DNA of 64,000 nt from Leptogorgia sarmentosa (lineage: Eukaryota), in NCBI GenBank assembly GCA_964658305.1, contig OZ210885.1:15996001-16060000 (forward strand), read 5' to 3'. Both the position numbers and the translations under genes were made by a program. Shown here piece by piece: positions 50,383 to 62,129 of the stretch. Each line of letters starts with the position of its first letter. The first letter of the stretch is position 1. Below the pieces are notes generated by a model, which had not been told where the DNA came from, searched no databases, and was given only the letters and a program-made list of their open reading frames with translations.

Positions 50383-52121
50383 ACAACTGGATACCTTGGC
50401 ATGCGTATTTTTAAAATTATTCCTCCTGTATTTGATTAGAAATACCTGTTCTGCTGTTTTGCTGTCTAAGGCGTTAAGCAAATCAGTGCCGATTTCACAA
50501 AAGGTGTCCAATGCCAAACCTTGAACATTGCTATTAGATTCCTCTTCATTTAGATCCACGTAATCAGCTGAACCTATCACTTTTGCCTTAAGAATTAAAA
50601 TAAAAAAAATATTCAACACGGTTGTCACAAAATATGGTTGTGATTTGTGGACACCTCGACAGTCTAACACATCAATTTTTGGTCTTCATATAACACCTCA
50701 TTAAATTATAGTCAGTTGATTACGGCTTAAGGCTGTCCACTTGTACGATTCATCGTGGACAACGTTATATAAAGCAAAAAATAAATCTTAATTTTCATTT
50801 CTGCATTGGCCGGTAAGGATATATTTTTTTTCACTTGTTGAAAGATGAAGTGATTTCATTATTTAACCTTGTGAAAATATTCTTACCATTGCATTCATAA
50901 ACATACATTATTTGACGTATAGTAACTTCTGTGAATTTACTGATCCACATACTGCCACCAGTCAACAAAGGACATTATAATTGTTAGTTGACCGGTTTTG
51001 TGGATTGGCATGTATTTACTCGAAAATTAAATAACTACAGTATATTACAGCAAAAAATATTTTGAAAATGTAATAAATTAGTACCTGGTTCATATTGATA
51101 CGTTAACTTGCAAAATACTGCACAAGCTTTTTTGCTGTGGTGGCTGTATCACTACCAATTTCCTCTGGGATATTCATGCCAATTTCAGCTTCCCCACACC
51201 CCAATAAAAAATGATTCAAGCTGTAGAACAGCACATGGATTACTGCACACATCCTACATAATAAAAATTAGTATAAAATTAATCTAATGGTATTTGTTGA
51301 ATACTTCAATCTGATTGGCTTGGCTTAGTCTAAATGGTCTATTCATCATTATTTGACCGCTAAGTAATGTAATTAGTAATTAGCATAATTAACAAGTGTT
51401 TATTTGCAGGTAAACATAACCTAAATTTTCAATGTTTAATGAGTTGTGCCAGGCTTGAAGGAAACATTAATGTAAGAGTAGGGCCTGTGACTGCCCCAAT
51501 TTTTTTTGCTTCGCGATTCTCAATTAAGGCTTAACTATTACCTCATAAAAATCTTTCTGTCTTTTGACATGTTATCAGAGATGATAATGTCTTCCTCAAG
51601 TTGCTTGTTCATGTTGACAACAATTTCATCTGAGAATGAACAATAGATCTCCCTTGCTTCTGCTGAAAATCTATAGCTTCTTGCAGTATGGTGTGCATCA
51701 AATATTTCTTTGTACACAGCTAAATGTAAAAAAGGCATTGAATTATTTCAATATACTATCATTGTTGTAACTATTATAATCATCAACCCTTGAGTCGAGA
51801 TTCTTGCTATCATGCAGTGATTATAGTAGAAGGCGAGAAGGCAGTAGTTTCAAGATTCAAATAACTGTTAAAAACGACTGTTTCAGATGAGAATTGGCAA
51901 ACGTTGTGGTTTCAAATGCAAAATACTTGAATGTGTCCAATACTTCGTTCCACAAATGGATCTCACTCTCTTTCAGTATCATCGAATTTACAATACAAAT
52001 GCTCATACGGTCTAGAGAACCGTCGTCGCTACAGCTAAGCATTTGGTGTAAATTGATATACGGTTGCGGCTGGCAAAACCCACCAACGGACAAAGATACC
52101 TTTTCGAGAACCTGTCGTTCA

Positions 52122-52178
52122 TCTATAACGCATATAACGCCCATAACGCCTATAACGCCCATAATGAAACATAACGAT
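52122..52178. repeat. 9-bp satellite remnant in inverted orientation near the right TIR
   Basis: CTATAACGC/CCATAACGC units, the reverse complement of the 42120-43015 unit. Confidence 0.85.
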
Positions 52179-52648
52179 GTAACCTTAATATGGCAGCATG
52201 ACAAGGACTCCCAGGAACGATTCGTATTGTGGAATATTATCTGAGGAATCAATTTTAATTGAAAATTGAAGTGTTCTTTTGCTAACACAAAGCCCAGACC
52301 CCAATCCCATTGAGAATTTGTTGCGGAGCCAGAAGAGAAGACTAGATATGAAATGTTCATCTCGAATTGAGGAGTAGTTATTTGAGGAGTCAGGGTTGGA
52401 AGAATAACAACCATGAATACGTTCATAAACTTGTCTAGAACATCCTTGGGTGAAGTCCACAGATCATCAAAGGTTGCAGATATCATATTGCTTACCAAAT
52501 GTTGTGTTCTTAGAGTGAAATAGGACTATTTCTCTACATCTCATTTGTCGTGCAATCCTTTTTTTACGACATAAGGAATATGACTTGTATAAACCTTGTT
52601 TATTTCTGTGTGAGACAAGGGGGCTCTTTTTGTTTTGGCAACCCCCTG

Positions 52649-54535
52649 TATAAAATCTGCAAAGCAGATTTAAATAAATAAAAACTTGACCTATAAATAA
52701 TTCCAATCGATTTTTAAATTTTATGTGCAATATAGGATACATGAGCTTTCCATGTTAAATTCTCGTCTAATATAACACCAAGGAAACAAACTTCATTAAC
52801 CCTGTCAATTGTGTTTTTATTAATCGCAAGTGACAGGTTATACTCTTGTTTTTTTTTTTGCCTTGGTTTAAATATTATATAATTTGATTTCTTTAGATTC
52901 AGTGAAAGCTTATTAGATTGTAACCAATCTGCAATCTTAGATAATTCAATATTTATCACATTCGTTAAAGTCGATATATTTTCATGAGAATACAACAAAT
53001 TAGTGTCATCAGCAAATAAAACAAATTCACCATAGTCAGTCGTATTGCAAATATCATTAATATACAGGGTGTATCAAAAAAAAGTTTACTGATGAAAAAC
53101 ATTCTCTAAACTAACGAGCGCTCAAAATTTCCAAAAACTTTCGGTTAGCATGGGTAGTTTAACACCCTCTGGTATATCTGGTACTAAGTTTATTTTAAAA
53201 ACAAGCTTTTTTAGAATGGGAAATGTGGTTACTGAAAGGCCCATTAAAAACGGCTTGCACGGAAAAAATGAGTTTTCTTCACACAATTTGATTTAATTGG
53301 ATGAAAATATGGAGTATGATATACAAGCTATTCAAGTTTTAGGAAATTTGGTGCACGCTGAGACGAACGTGCCATGTCCGAAAACTGGATTTTCCGCAAT
53401 TACGGACCTTTGGGGATTAGCTTGCAATTTGTATTGGTAATTAATGCAAATTTCCAATTATGCATAAATTAATCGGTAATCACGCAGGAAAGAACGCAAA
53501 ATCCAGTTTTCGGACATGGCACGTTCGTCTCAGCGTGCACCAAATTTCTCAAAACTTGAATAGCTTGTAAATCATACTCCATATTTTCATCTGATTAAAT
53601 CAAATTGTGTGAAGAAAACTTTTTTTCCGCGCAAGCCTTTTTTAATGGGCCTTTCAGTAACCACATTTCCCATTCTAAAAAAGTTTGTTTTTAAAATAAA
53701 CTTAGTGCTAGATATACCAGAGGGTGTTAAACTACCCATGCTAGCCGAAAGTTTTTGGAAATTTTGAGCGCTCGTTAGTTTCATCAGTAAACTATTTTTT
53801 TATACACCCTGTAGATAAGAAACAACAATGGACCGAGGATTGATCCTTGCGGAACACCACATGTAACCTCTATAAACACAGAAGTAGCCCCATTGAACTC
53901 TACATATTGAAATCTATGAGTTAAGTAATTTTTAAACCAATCAAGAGCCAATCCTCGAACACCATAGTGTCAAGTTTGTCAATCAATATTTCATGATCTA
54001 CAGTATCAAACGCCTTGGATAGATCAAGAAAAATTCCAACAGTATGCTTTTTTGCATCAATACCTGTAAAAATTTTGTCATAAAGATTGATGAGCATGAG
54101 AGGTTGAGTAATTTTTTCTAAAACCATATTGGTTTTTAAATAAAATCCTATTTTTATTTATATAATTCATAAGCCAGTTATAAATAGCTTTTTCCAAAAT
54201 TTTGGAAAAAACAAGTAGGACCGATATTGGCCTGTAATTTGAAACCAGACCATTTTCACCCGATTTAAATATAGGTACTATCCGTGCAATTTTTAACTGA
54301 TCTGGAATAATGCCGTTTTCAACAGACAAATTAAGGATTTCACACAACGGCTTGGAAATTAGGTCAATAGAATTTTTTACTGCCCACATGGGAATTGTAT
54401 CCTGTCCTGCAGCAGCATCAGGACGAAGCAAACTAACCCCTTCGTTAATTTCCAACTCGGAAACCGAGTCGAAAAAGATAAGAAGTGGCACTCCGTGAAG
54501 TAATTGGTATTTTTTTGCTAAACTAGGCCCAATAT
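52649..54535 (-). mobile_element. L2/CR1-type LINE 5' part (same copy as 31226-31887), interrupted by a MITE
   Basis: NYRPISVL, QYGFR, GIFLDLSKAFDTVDH, GVPQGSILGPLLFLI, LFADDT, FLGVILDENLTW, SIGIIYR..SALQIL. Confidence 0.9.
53065..53811. mobile_element. Fully palindromic Tc1/mariner-type MITE (747 bp)
   Basis: TA-CAGGGTGTAT...ATACACCCTG-TA with ~330-bp arms. It splits the LINE motif LFLI/YIND. Confidence 0.92.
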
Positions 54536-54571
54536 GAGACTAGGGATCCAAGGATAGTGCAAAGTTACTAA

Positions 54572-54691
54572 GGCCAGGGTCAAACGTCGAACTTTTCATG
54601 CGCCGAACCTGATGCAAATGAGCTCAAACAAAGAACTTGGCTCATTAACATTAGGTTCGGCACATGAAAAGTTCGACGTTTGACCTAGGCC
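54572..54691. mobile_element. Small palindromic MITE (Harbinger-like GGCC ends)
   Basis: GGCC..GGTCAAACGTCGAACTTTTCATG versus CATGAAAAGTTCGACGTTTGACC..GGCC. Confidence 0.75.
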
Positions 54692-54989
54692 TTGGAAGAC
54701 ATTAAAATCATATTTTTTAAAAGAAAACTAAGGAAACATTGTTGACGTGATACGAGAAAATAATCACTATTTTATTGTCTGGAAGCAACTGCCATCGCAG
54801 CAGCGCGCGTGTAAAGCAAATCAGATAAATCTCTGACCTCTGACCTTTTTGAAATTATATACACATCGTACTGAACAAATGATCTTAAAAGGGTTAAATC
54901 ACAATGTGGCACGCTACTTCTGCGTCTTAATAAATTATCCAGTTCATTCACAGTATCAGCCAACGTTAAATTTACTTTTGTATGCCTAT

Positions 54990-55262
54990 ATGTGGTTTAG
55001 TTCATTTAGTATCGAAAATTCTGTAAATGCTGAGGGTAGGTTTGGCATGCTTGCCTGGACTAGCTGAACAGGAGGCTGTATAAATTCGATTTGGTAACCC
55101 TGGACCACCTGCAAGACCCAAGGGTCCTGGGTGATCTTTTTCCATGTGTGACTGAAATATTTGAGGCGTCCTGCCAGGGGCAGGGATTGTATTGGATTGT
55201 TGTGAACGAGATTTAAAAACATACCTTCTGCCAAATTTCCCGGTTGTAGACTTTTCACTTCC
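54990..55262 (-). mobile_element. DIRS gag/RT junction fragment (probably continues at ~59880-59995)
   Basis: LPLAGRLKYFSHTWKKITQDPWVLQVVQGYQIEF, plus RG-rich gag-tail-like sequence on the far side of the LINE. Confidence 0.7.
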
Positions 55263-55302
55263 GGAATCAAGTTCAAGTTTATTAAATTCTTCAATTAATA
55301 TA

Positions 55303-55888
55303 CAGGGTGTCTCAAAAAAAAGGTAATCCAACTTTGGCATGCCATTGTGCGTTAATTACCGGGTGTACGAACGTGATTTTTGCATGGTCATAAAGATCAA
55401 GGTCTTAGCAGTTGAATGACATATTTGTTGTACGATATGGAAGAAAATCAGGCTAATGCGAGCGTGTTGAAAAATCTCGGTGAAAAACGCATTCTTTCAC
55501 CTCTGAGAATTGCAGCTAAACTTATTCAAAATTAACTCCCTCTGGGACTCGAAGATGACGACCTTCCCTTCAACAATCGACCTGATTATGCATAATTATT
55601 AATAATCCTGATAAAATCTTTGTTATCATGACACATTTGTGATGAATTGCATTTTTGTTTTGTTATACACTGCTTTAATTAGGCACAGAGGTGAAAGAAT
55701 GCGTTTTTCGCCGAGATTTTTCAACACGCTCGCATTAGCCTGATTTTCTTCCATATCGTACAACAAATATGTCATTCAACTGCTAAGACCTTGATCTTTA
55801 TGACCATGCAAAAATCACGTTCGTACACCCAGTAATTAACGCACAATGGCATGCCAAAGTTCGATTACCTTTTTTTTGAGACACCCTG
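55303..55888. mobile_element. Palindromic Tc1/mariner-type MITE (586 bp)
   Basis: TA-CAGGGTGTCTCAAAAAAAAGG...CCTTTTTTTTGAGACACCCTG-TA with ~200-bp arms. Confidence 0.92.
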
Positions 55889-56129
55889 TATTACAAAAAT
55901 AATACTGTACGCAAGTAGCATAGCTAATCGAGGCGTACAGTAAAAGATTACAAATTAACACATACAAGAGAAAGAAGAAGAAAAAAATAATAAAAAGATA
56001 TAACACACTAAACAAATAACATCTAAATTTTGTTAGACTAATTCATAAACATCATAACACATAAGTTGACCATTGAGATTGTTTTCCTTGGGGGAAATTA
56101 GTATCTGTTCCAGGCCAACACGGTAAAAA

Positions 56130-58950
56130 TTATTTCCAAAGCCTAGACATTTGTAAAACTAATAAATTTCCATCAACATAATCATCCTCAAGCTCAAGTA
56201 TAGTCAAAAGAGATTTTTTGATTACTTTATTAAATCTCGTTTTACCAAACTCACACACATCAGTAGAGATATTGTTCCATACTTTAGCTCCAAACCTCAC
56301 AAATGATGTACTTACTTTACTGAGTCTCGAGTATTTAATGTAAAAATTGTTTGATGCACAATGTCTGGTATTATAGTGGTGGATTTGTCGTGAATGAGTA
56401 AAACAATCCGAAATTGAAGATGGGCACGAATTGTTAAAAATTTCATGCATTAAATTACCAATAGTTTTATAGTAAAGCATATATAACGGTAATATTTTTA
56501 ATTTAACAAAAAGTGGAATTGCATGTTCTTTGCAATTTTCAAAGCACATTAATCGCAAAGCCCTTTTCTGTAATATAAGAATTTTATCTAAGTATTTCTT
56601 CGAGGTATGTCCCCATACAATTATACCATATGTTAAATAAGGCAGTATTAAACAGTGATATATGCTATTTAAAGTTGATAGAGGTACAAAATGTCTTAGT
56701 CTTGCAATTATACCAATAGCTTTACTTATTTTATTGGCAATATTATCTATATGGTATTTCCATGTAAGGTTGCTGTCTATAATAACTCCCAAGTATTTAA
56801 CAAATTCTTTAGACTCAATTTTGACAAAATTGTTACTGTTATTGTCAAACACTTTTATATTAACTTGATAATTTTGCCTTTTTTGATAAGGTCGAAATAT
56901 TACATAATTTGTCTTACTCAGGTTCAATGTCAGTTTGTTTGAATTAAGCCATTCACAAACCAACATCAACTCTTTATTAACGACTATCTCAAGAGAATTC
57001 AGATTTTTATCAGCATATAGTATATTTGTATCATCAGCGAATAAATAAAATTGGAATAGCTTAGACGACATGCATATATCATTTATATATATCAGGAAAA
57101 GAAGAGGGCCAAGAACTGAGCCTTGTGGGACGCCATATTTACTGAATTCTTTTGTAGATATATTGTCTGCAGATTGGGTTGTCTGTATTCGACCAGTTAG
57201 ATAAGATTTAAACCAAATATTAATAATACCTCGAACACAATAATGATCTAATTTGTATAGAAGTATGGAATGATCGACAGTATCAAATGCCTTTTTCAAA
57301 TCTAGAAATATTCCGCAAGAAAACATCTTTTTCTCCATATCAGTCTGAATGTTGTTCACAATATCTATTAATGCATGTTGTGTTGAATACTTGTCTCTAA
57401 AGCCATACTGTTTTTCATACAAAATTAGATTTTTTTCAAAAAATATCTTAAGGCGTTTATACATTAATTTTTCAAATATTTTGCTAAAATTAGAAAGTAA
57501 TGAAATTGGTCTATAGTTTTTTGGTTCGAGTACATCATTATCGTTATAAATAGGAATTATTTTAGCATATTTTAGCTTTGAAGGGAATATCCCATTCTGG
57601 ATTGAAAGATTCATTATTTCTGCCAATCGACAGGATATATGTTCTTTTATACATTTTAGTATATGTGTATGGCAGGAGTAAATCCCAGTCGCTTTACCAT
57701 AAGGAATTAACTTGATTTCAAATTCTACTTCAGAAGAGGTAATAGGGGTAAAAAAGAATGAATTGGGATAATTACTATCATTAAAATAGTCACTAAAATG
57801 CTTGCTTGAATTAGGCATTTTGGAAGCTAATTTCTCGCCCACGGATGAGAAGTGTTTATTAAAAATATCAGGAATTTCCGTGGGATTGGAAATTATTTGA
57901 TTTCTGACAGGACATCTTATTTTTGTAATTATTTTCTGATTACTTTTTTTATGATTTATTAAATTATTTATGGCTTCCCAGGTTTTCTTCATATTTGTAA
58001 TATTATTTTCAAAGAATTCCTGAAAATAAAGCTTTTTACTCATTCTTACTAAATTAATTATTCTGTTTCGATATAATTTATATTTATCTTTATTTCCAGA
58101 GTAAAATAATTTATTTTTTATTTTAATAGATCTTCTAATAGCCTTAGTTATCCATGGTTTAGCAGATTGTTTTATCTTACGTTTGGACATATTTTTAAGA
58201 GGTGCATGTTTATTTGTTAATTTATTTATTTTATTGTAGAATGTCGAAAATAAACTATCTATATTTTCTTTTTTACTGTCGATAACAGACTTCCAATCAA
58301 TTTGCATTAAGTCATTGTTAAGATGTGACTGTGAAAAATGTGAAAAATCTCTTACTTTACTCTGACGATGGGCCTTTGTCTTAATAATAGATGACTGAAT
58401 AATACAAAACTGTGAGAAGTGGTCGCTAATATCAGAAACAATATTTCCACTTAAGATTGAATGTTCGATTTTGTTGACAAAAATGTTGTCAATCAATGTA
58501 GCTGAGTTATTATAGACTCTAGTAGGCTTGTCAATGGTTGGAATTAAAGCATAACTTTGGAGAGTTGATAAAAAATCTTGTGCATATTTACAAGTTTGAG
58601 CCTTGAGGAGGTTTATGTTGAAGTCACCCATTACGTATATAGGCTTATTCGATCTTAAAGCACTAAATTTGTCCAAAGCATTTTCAAAATATGTTTGAAA
58701 CAGTTCAGGAGTGTTATGTTGTCTATAAATCACTCCAATGATAATATTTGCTTTATTAGGCAGTATCTAAATTAAACAGCCCTAAGTCACACATACTAGG
58801 GTATTTATTCAACTGTTTCATAGTGGGAAGAGTTAAGCAATTACTATTCAGGCTGTTGTAAGAAGGGATTAAATTAGTATTATAAAACGGAAGTTCCTGC
58901 ATTAACGATCGAATAGATTGTAAATTATTTTCATTATATTTTTCACCCAT
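56130..58950 (-). CDS. LINE ORF2 (AP endonuclease partly deleted near 58745; reverse transcriptase)
   Basis: MGDFNINLL, TLIDNIF, ISDH, NYRPISLLS, FLDLKKAFDTVDH, GVPQGSVLGPLLFLIYINDI, FADDT. 867 aa remain open. Confidence 0.92.
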
Positions 58951-59008
58951 AACTATGTATAATCAAATAAAATATATATTTATATATACTTATCTTTAGT
59001 ATACGGAA

Positions 59009-59779
59009 TTAATCCTTTAATCTTTGAAGATCTTCAACACTTTTTATTCTGATAACTCGGGAAGAAGAGCTCTTTCTTAAGTATACAGCAGAGTTCCTTG
59101 TCCAGCAATATTGGTATGAATTTAGCTCTTTGAACTTTTTCGATTCGTATAGGATATTTTGTTGCTTTGGAGTAAGATGATCAAATATTCTAGCGGTTGA
59201 ATTTACTTTAGGTATTTCTCTTTGTCGCTTCATAACATCGTCTTTAACAATTCGACGAACGAATTTGCAGATTATAGGTCGCGGTCTATTATCTTGATTT
59301 CTGCTAGGGATGCGATGAGCGATGTCAATGTCTTTCATATTAACGTCAGCACCAATTGATTTGAAGAGATTCACACAGATGGTGCTAGTTTCGGCTGCTA
59401 ATTCTTTATCATTTTGCTCTGGAAGGCTGACAATTTTAATATTGTACTGATAGCTGTACTCTTGAGCCTGATCACGTGCATCGCCAACATTATCTACTTT
59501 ACTGGATATTTCTGCAATTCTGGCACTAAGTCTATTCATTTCACTTGTCATTTTGGCCTCAAAATTGCTCAACGAGTCATATTTATTGCTTAAAAATTGT
59601 AGACTTGTTTCAAAGGATTCGTATTGAGCTTTAGATGATGTATCCTCGTGGTTACGCTTCACCGGTTCCTTGTAAGATTCGAACATGTCTTGTAGTTTAT
59701 TAAAATTGTTCTGCAGCGAATCAATTTCAGCTTTAAGAGCATCATTCTGTTTCTTTAAAGATATTATCATGTCAGGCAT
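59009..59779 (-). CDS. LINE ORF1 (coiled coil + RRM/CTD type)
   Basis: Coiled-coil N-terminus, then DIDIAHR, PRPIICKF, IFDHLT and YCWTRN. It lies directly upstream of ORF2. Confidence 0.88.
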   Translation of the reverse strand: MPDMIISLKKQNDALKAEIDSLQNNFNKLQDMFESYKEPVKRNHEDTSSKAQYESFETSLQFLSNKYDSLSNFEAKMTSEMNRLSARIAEISSKVDNVGDARDQAQEYSYQYNIKIVSLPEQNDKELAAETSTICVNLFKSIGADVNMKDIDIAHRIPSRNQDNRPRPIICKFVRRIVKDDVMKRQREIPKVNSTARIFDHLTPKQQNILYESKKFKELNSYQYCWTRNSAVYLRKSSSSRVIRIKSVEDLQRLKD

Positions 59780-60189
59780 TATGTGTATATCAATTTTAGA
59801 ATAAATATTTAAACTTTTAGTGAAATATATCGGAGCTTACAAAGCACAACCGTCTCACACAGCATCTCGTCTCAACAGGAATGACTGGAATGTTTGTGGG
59901 CTTTGGAATTGTGGGAAATGACCCCTGCTTCGGTTCCCTCGGCTGAACATACTTCCATTTCCCCGACTGTACATGCTTGGTCTGGGTTGGGGAGAACGAA
60001 ATGTTAACAACAGAGTCTCATAACTTCAGTTAAGCTACTGCAAATAAATTGCCTTAAATTATCACCAGGAGAAACCTGTGAACTGACAGTTATTGACATA
60101 TTTGAATCTATATTAAATCTAAATCTATGGTGTCTGACCATTGACAAATTGTCAAATACGAAAACGAAAAGAAGTCGAACAGAAGTTGG

Positions 60190-60837
60190 CCGTTTTTAAC
60201 AAGTTATGCTGCTATTAAAGTCTATACAGCTATGGTACTCCCAGTTTTGGACTATTGTGACGTTGTTTGGGACACTCTAAGCGACACACAGCAAAATAAA
60301 CTAGAAAAACTTCAAACTAGAGCAGAAACAATTATAAACATGTATCAGTCTTACGATTTGAACATCCACTGGCCTTCGCTAGTTTCTTGCAGAAAAATGC
60401 ATACTGCCATTTTAGCCTTTAAATGTTTAAGTAATAGAGTTCCATCTTTCTTACGAGATTATATCCATCTGGTAAATCCCACCAGAATAACGAGGGATTG
60501 CATGTACAAATGTGACATACCTAAAGTTAATCTAGTATTTGGTAGTAAGGGCTTTTATGTTAGAGGCCCACAAGTCCTCAATAATTTGCCCTCACGTATT
60601 TGTGAAGAAAACATCTTTAAAAACTTTAGGAAGAAAGTCATTGAGTACTTTAGTATTCTATAGTATGACCTTTCTAGCATAGATTCTTAATTAATTATAC
60701 TATATTGTATGACTACTATTTCTATTATACTATAAACAATTTTGTAATTAGTTAGTTTTCAGGGCTCACATTGATACCAGTTCTTCTGAACTGACGTGAC
60801 TACCCTGATGAAATTGATTTGATTTGATTTGATTTGA
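60190..60837 (+). mobile_element. LINE 3' fragment with (GATTT)n tail
   Basis: LPVLDYCDVVW..LEKLQTRA..NNLP, with a tail at ~60815-60837. Confidence 0.8.
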
Positions 60838-61689
60838 AACATAAGGGCATGAAGTATTCAGTTAAGTGGCAGGAAAAGCAGCTGACCAGTTTATACCGTA
60901 AGGTTCAACTCGGTGAAATTAAAAACCGCTGACCACGGAATACGAAATGCGTTGTAGAAATAAAATGCGACTCAAAGAAATGAAACACGAACTCAAAGAC
61001 ATGAAACGACTCGAAGTCATGAAATGCGACTCGACACGCAAAACCAACATTATATGACGCTACTCCACATCGTAAAACGACCCTACAATACGTAGTAAGA
61101 GGTGGATTGTTCGGATTGAATCATAAATCGGATCCGGATTGTTAACGTTCCTTTTGAAATAATTTCGAATGTCACAACAAATTTATTTAAAAAGCCTATA
61201 CGAAGTACTTCACATTTTACAAAGGACCCGCAGCAAATCAAGCTTTAGCGTTCCATTTGTATTGAACATCCGAGTAATCTGAATTCGTATAATAAAAATC
61301 TGGATTTTCAAATGGAACGGGACTTATTCTTGTGATGGGTTTTGAGAGGATGCTCGGAATGAGAAATCCTAGTTTAAATTTTACGGCCTACGGCCCCGCA
61401 TATGCCATTTCAACTTAAAATGCCACTCCAACTTTTAAAAATTCTGCCATTCTTTTGTTACAGAACAGGCATATGGAAAGCCATTTTGGACAAAAGTAGT
61501 TGAGTTTTACTCGGACAGTCGAGAATTTACTAGGACGGTCGAGAATTTGAAGAATCGACATCAATGATCGACATATTCACTCTGACGGTAGAGATATCAG
61601 TCGTTTGGTCGAGACCTTTATTTTTTTGACTCGACAAATCAATTCTTGAATAAGGCATTTTAACAACCAAAGAAATGCTATCAGAAACA

Positions 61690-62129
61690 GGCGATCTTCC
61701 CGTTCGAGTGCAGCACCTTTTGCAACATCATCATCTCGCACTCCAAGCCTAGGTCGCAGAGGCACAGTTGGCCCATTTACCCGTGACATAATTCTTCTTT
61801 CTGGACCAGATGATAAAAATATCCCTCGCCAAGGGTCCAAACTATTTCTGCAAGAAAACGGGCATACTATTAATGCCTTCCAATTCATGAAGGAGTGGAG
61901 TGACATTGAAGTTATAGTGCAAATTGCTGAATTATTTAAAGATAAAATACCTAGTGGTGTTGACTTCGAGATTCTCCATTCAGTGCATACTAGACTTGTC
62001 ACACCAACGCTTGCATCAGGGCAAAAATTGAATGGCTCAGTGATGTGTTGCATTTTCAGAGATAATAAGCCTGTATATGTGAGACCATCTATGCAGATTG
62101 TGAAAGAACATGTAATATGTTGTGGCTGA
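61690..62129 (+). CDS. Uncharacterised coding exon fragment
   Basis: The open frame extends upstream of ORF 61887 (GPFTRDIILL..IPRQG..LQENGH..PVYVRP) and looks protein-like. Function not assignable. Confidence 0.35.

Larger units (their letters stand above)
48292..52120 (-). pseudogene. Multi-exon DUF3987-like helicase/ATPase gene, 5' portion missing
   Basis: Exon-like blocks at approximately 51925-52120 (VSLSVGGFCQPQ..DDGSLDRM), 51541-51720 (YRFSAEAREIY), 51085-51254, 50395-50580, 49480-49732 and 48292-49077. The 5' side abuts a satellite remnant and no Walker A was seen. Confidence 0.55.
31888..52648. mobile_element. Large TIR DNA element (20,761 bp including a nested Zator-like element) with TA target duplication
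   Basis: Left TIR CAGGGGGTTGCCAAAAAAAAAGAGCCCCC. Right TIR (reverse complement) CAGGGGGTTGCCAAAACAAAAAGAGCCCCC. TA at 31886-31887 and 52649-52650. Removing the element and one TA restores the LINE frame SALQIL-YFALVYPYL. Confidence 0.92.
55265..59875 (-). mobile_element. Near full-length CR1/L2-group LINE
   Basis: 5' UTR, ORF1, ORF2, and a 3' UTR with AATAAA and a (CTTGAA)-type tail near 55265-55285. The 3' UTR is interrupted by a MITE. Confidence 0.88.

Noticed and set aside
31888..52648. Maverick/Polinton, Helitron or endogenous virus interpretation
   Set aside because: No protein-primed polymerase, capsid, packaging ATPase, retroviral-type integrase or HUH-Rep/PIF1 motifs were seen. Short TIRs with a TA duplication do not fit these groups.
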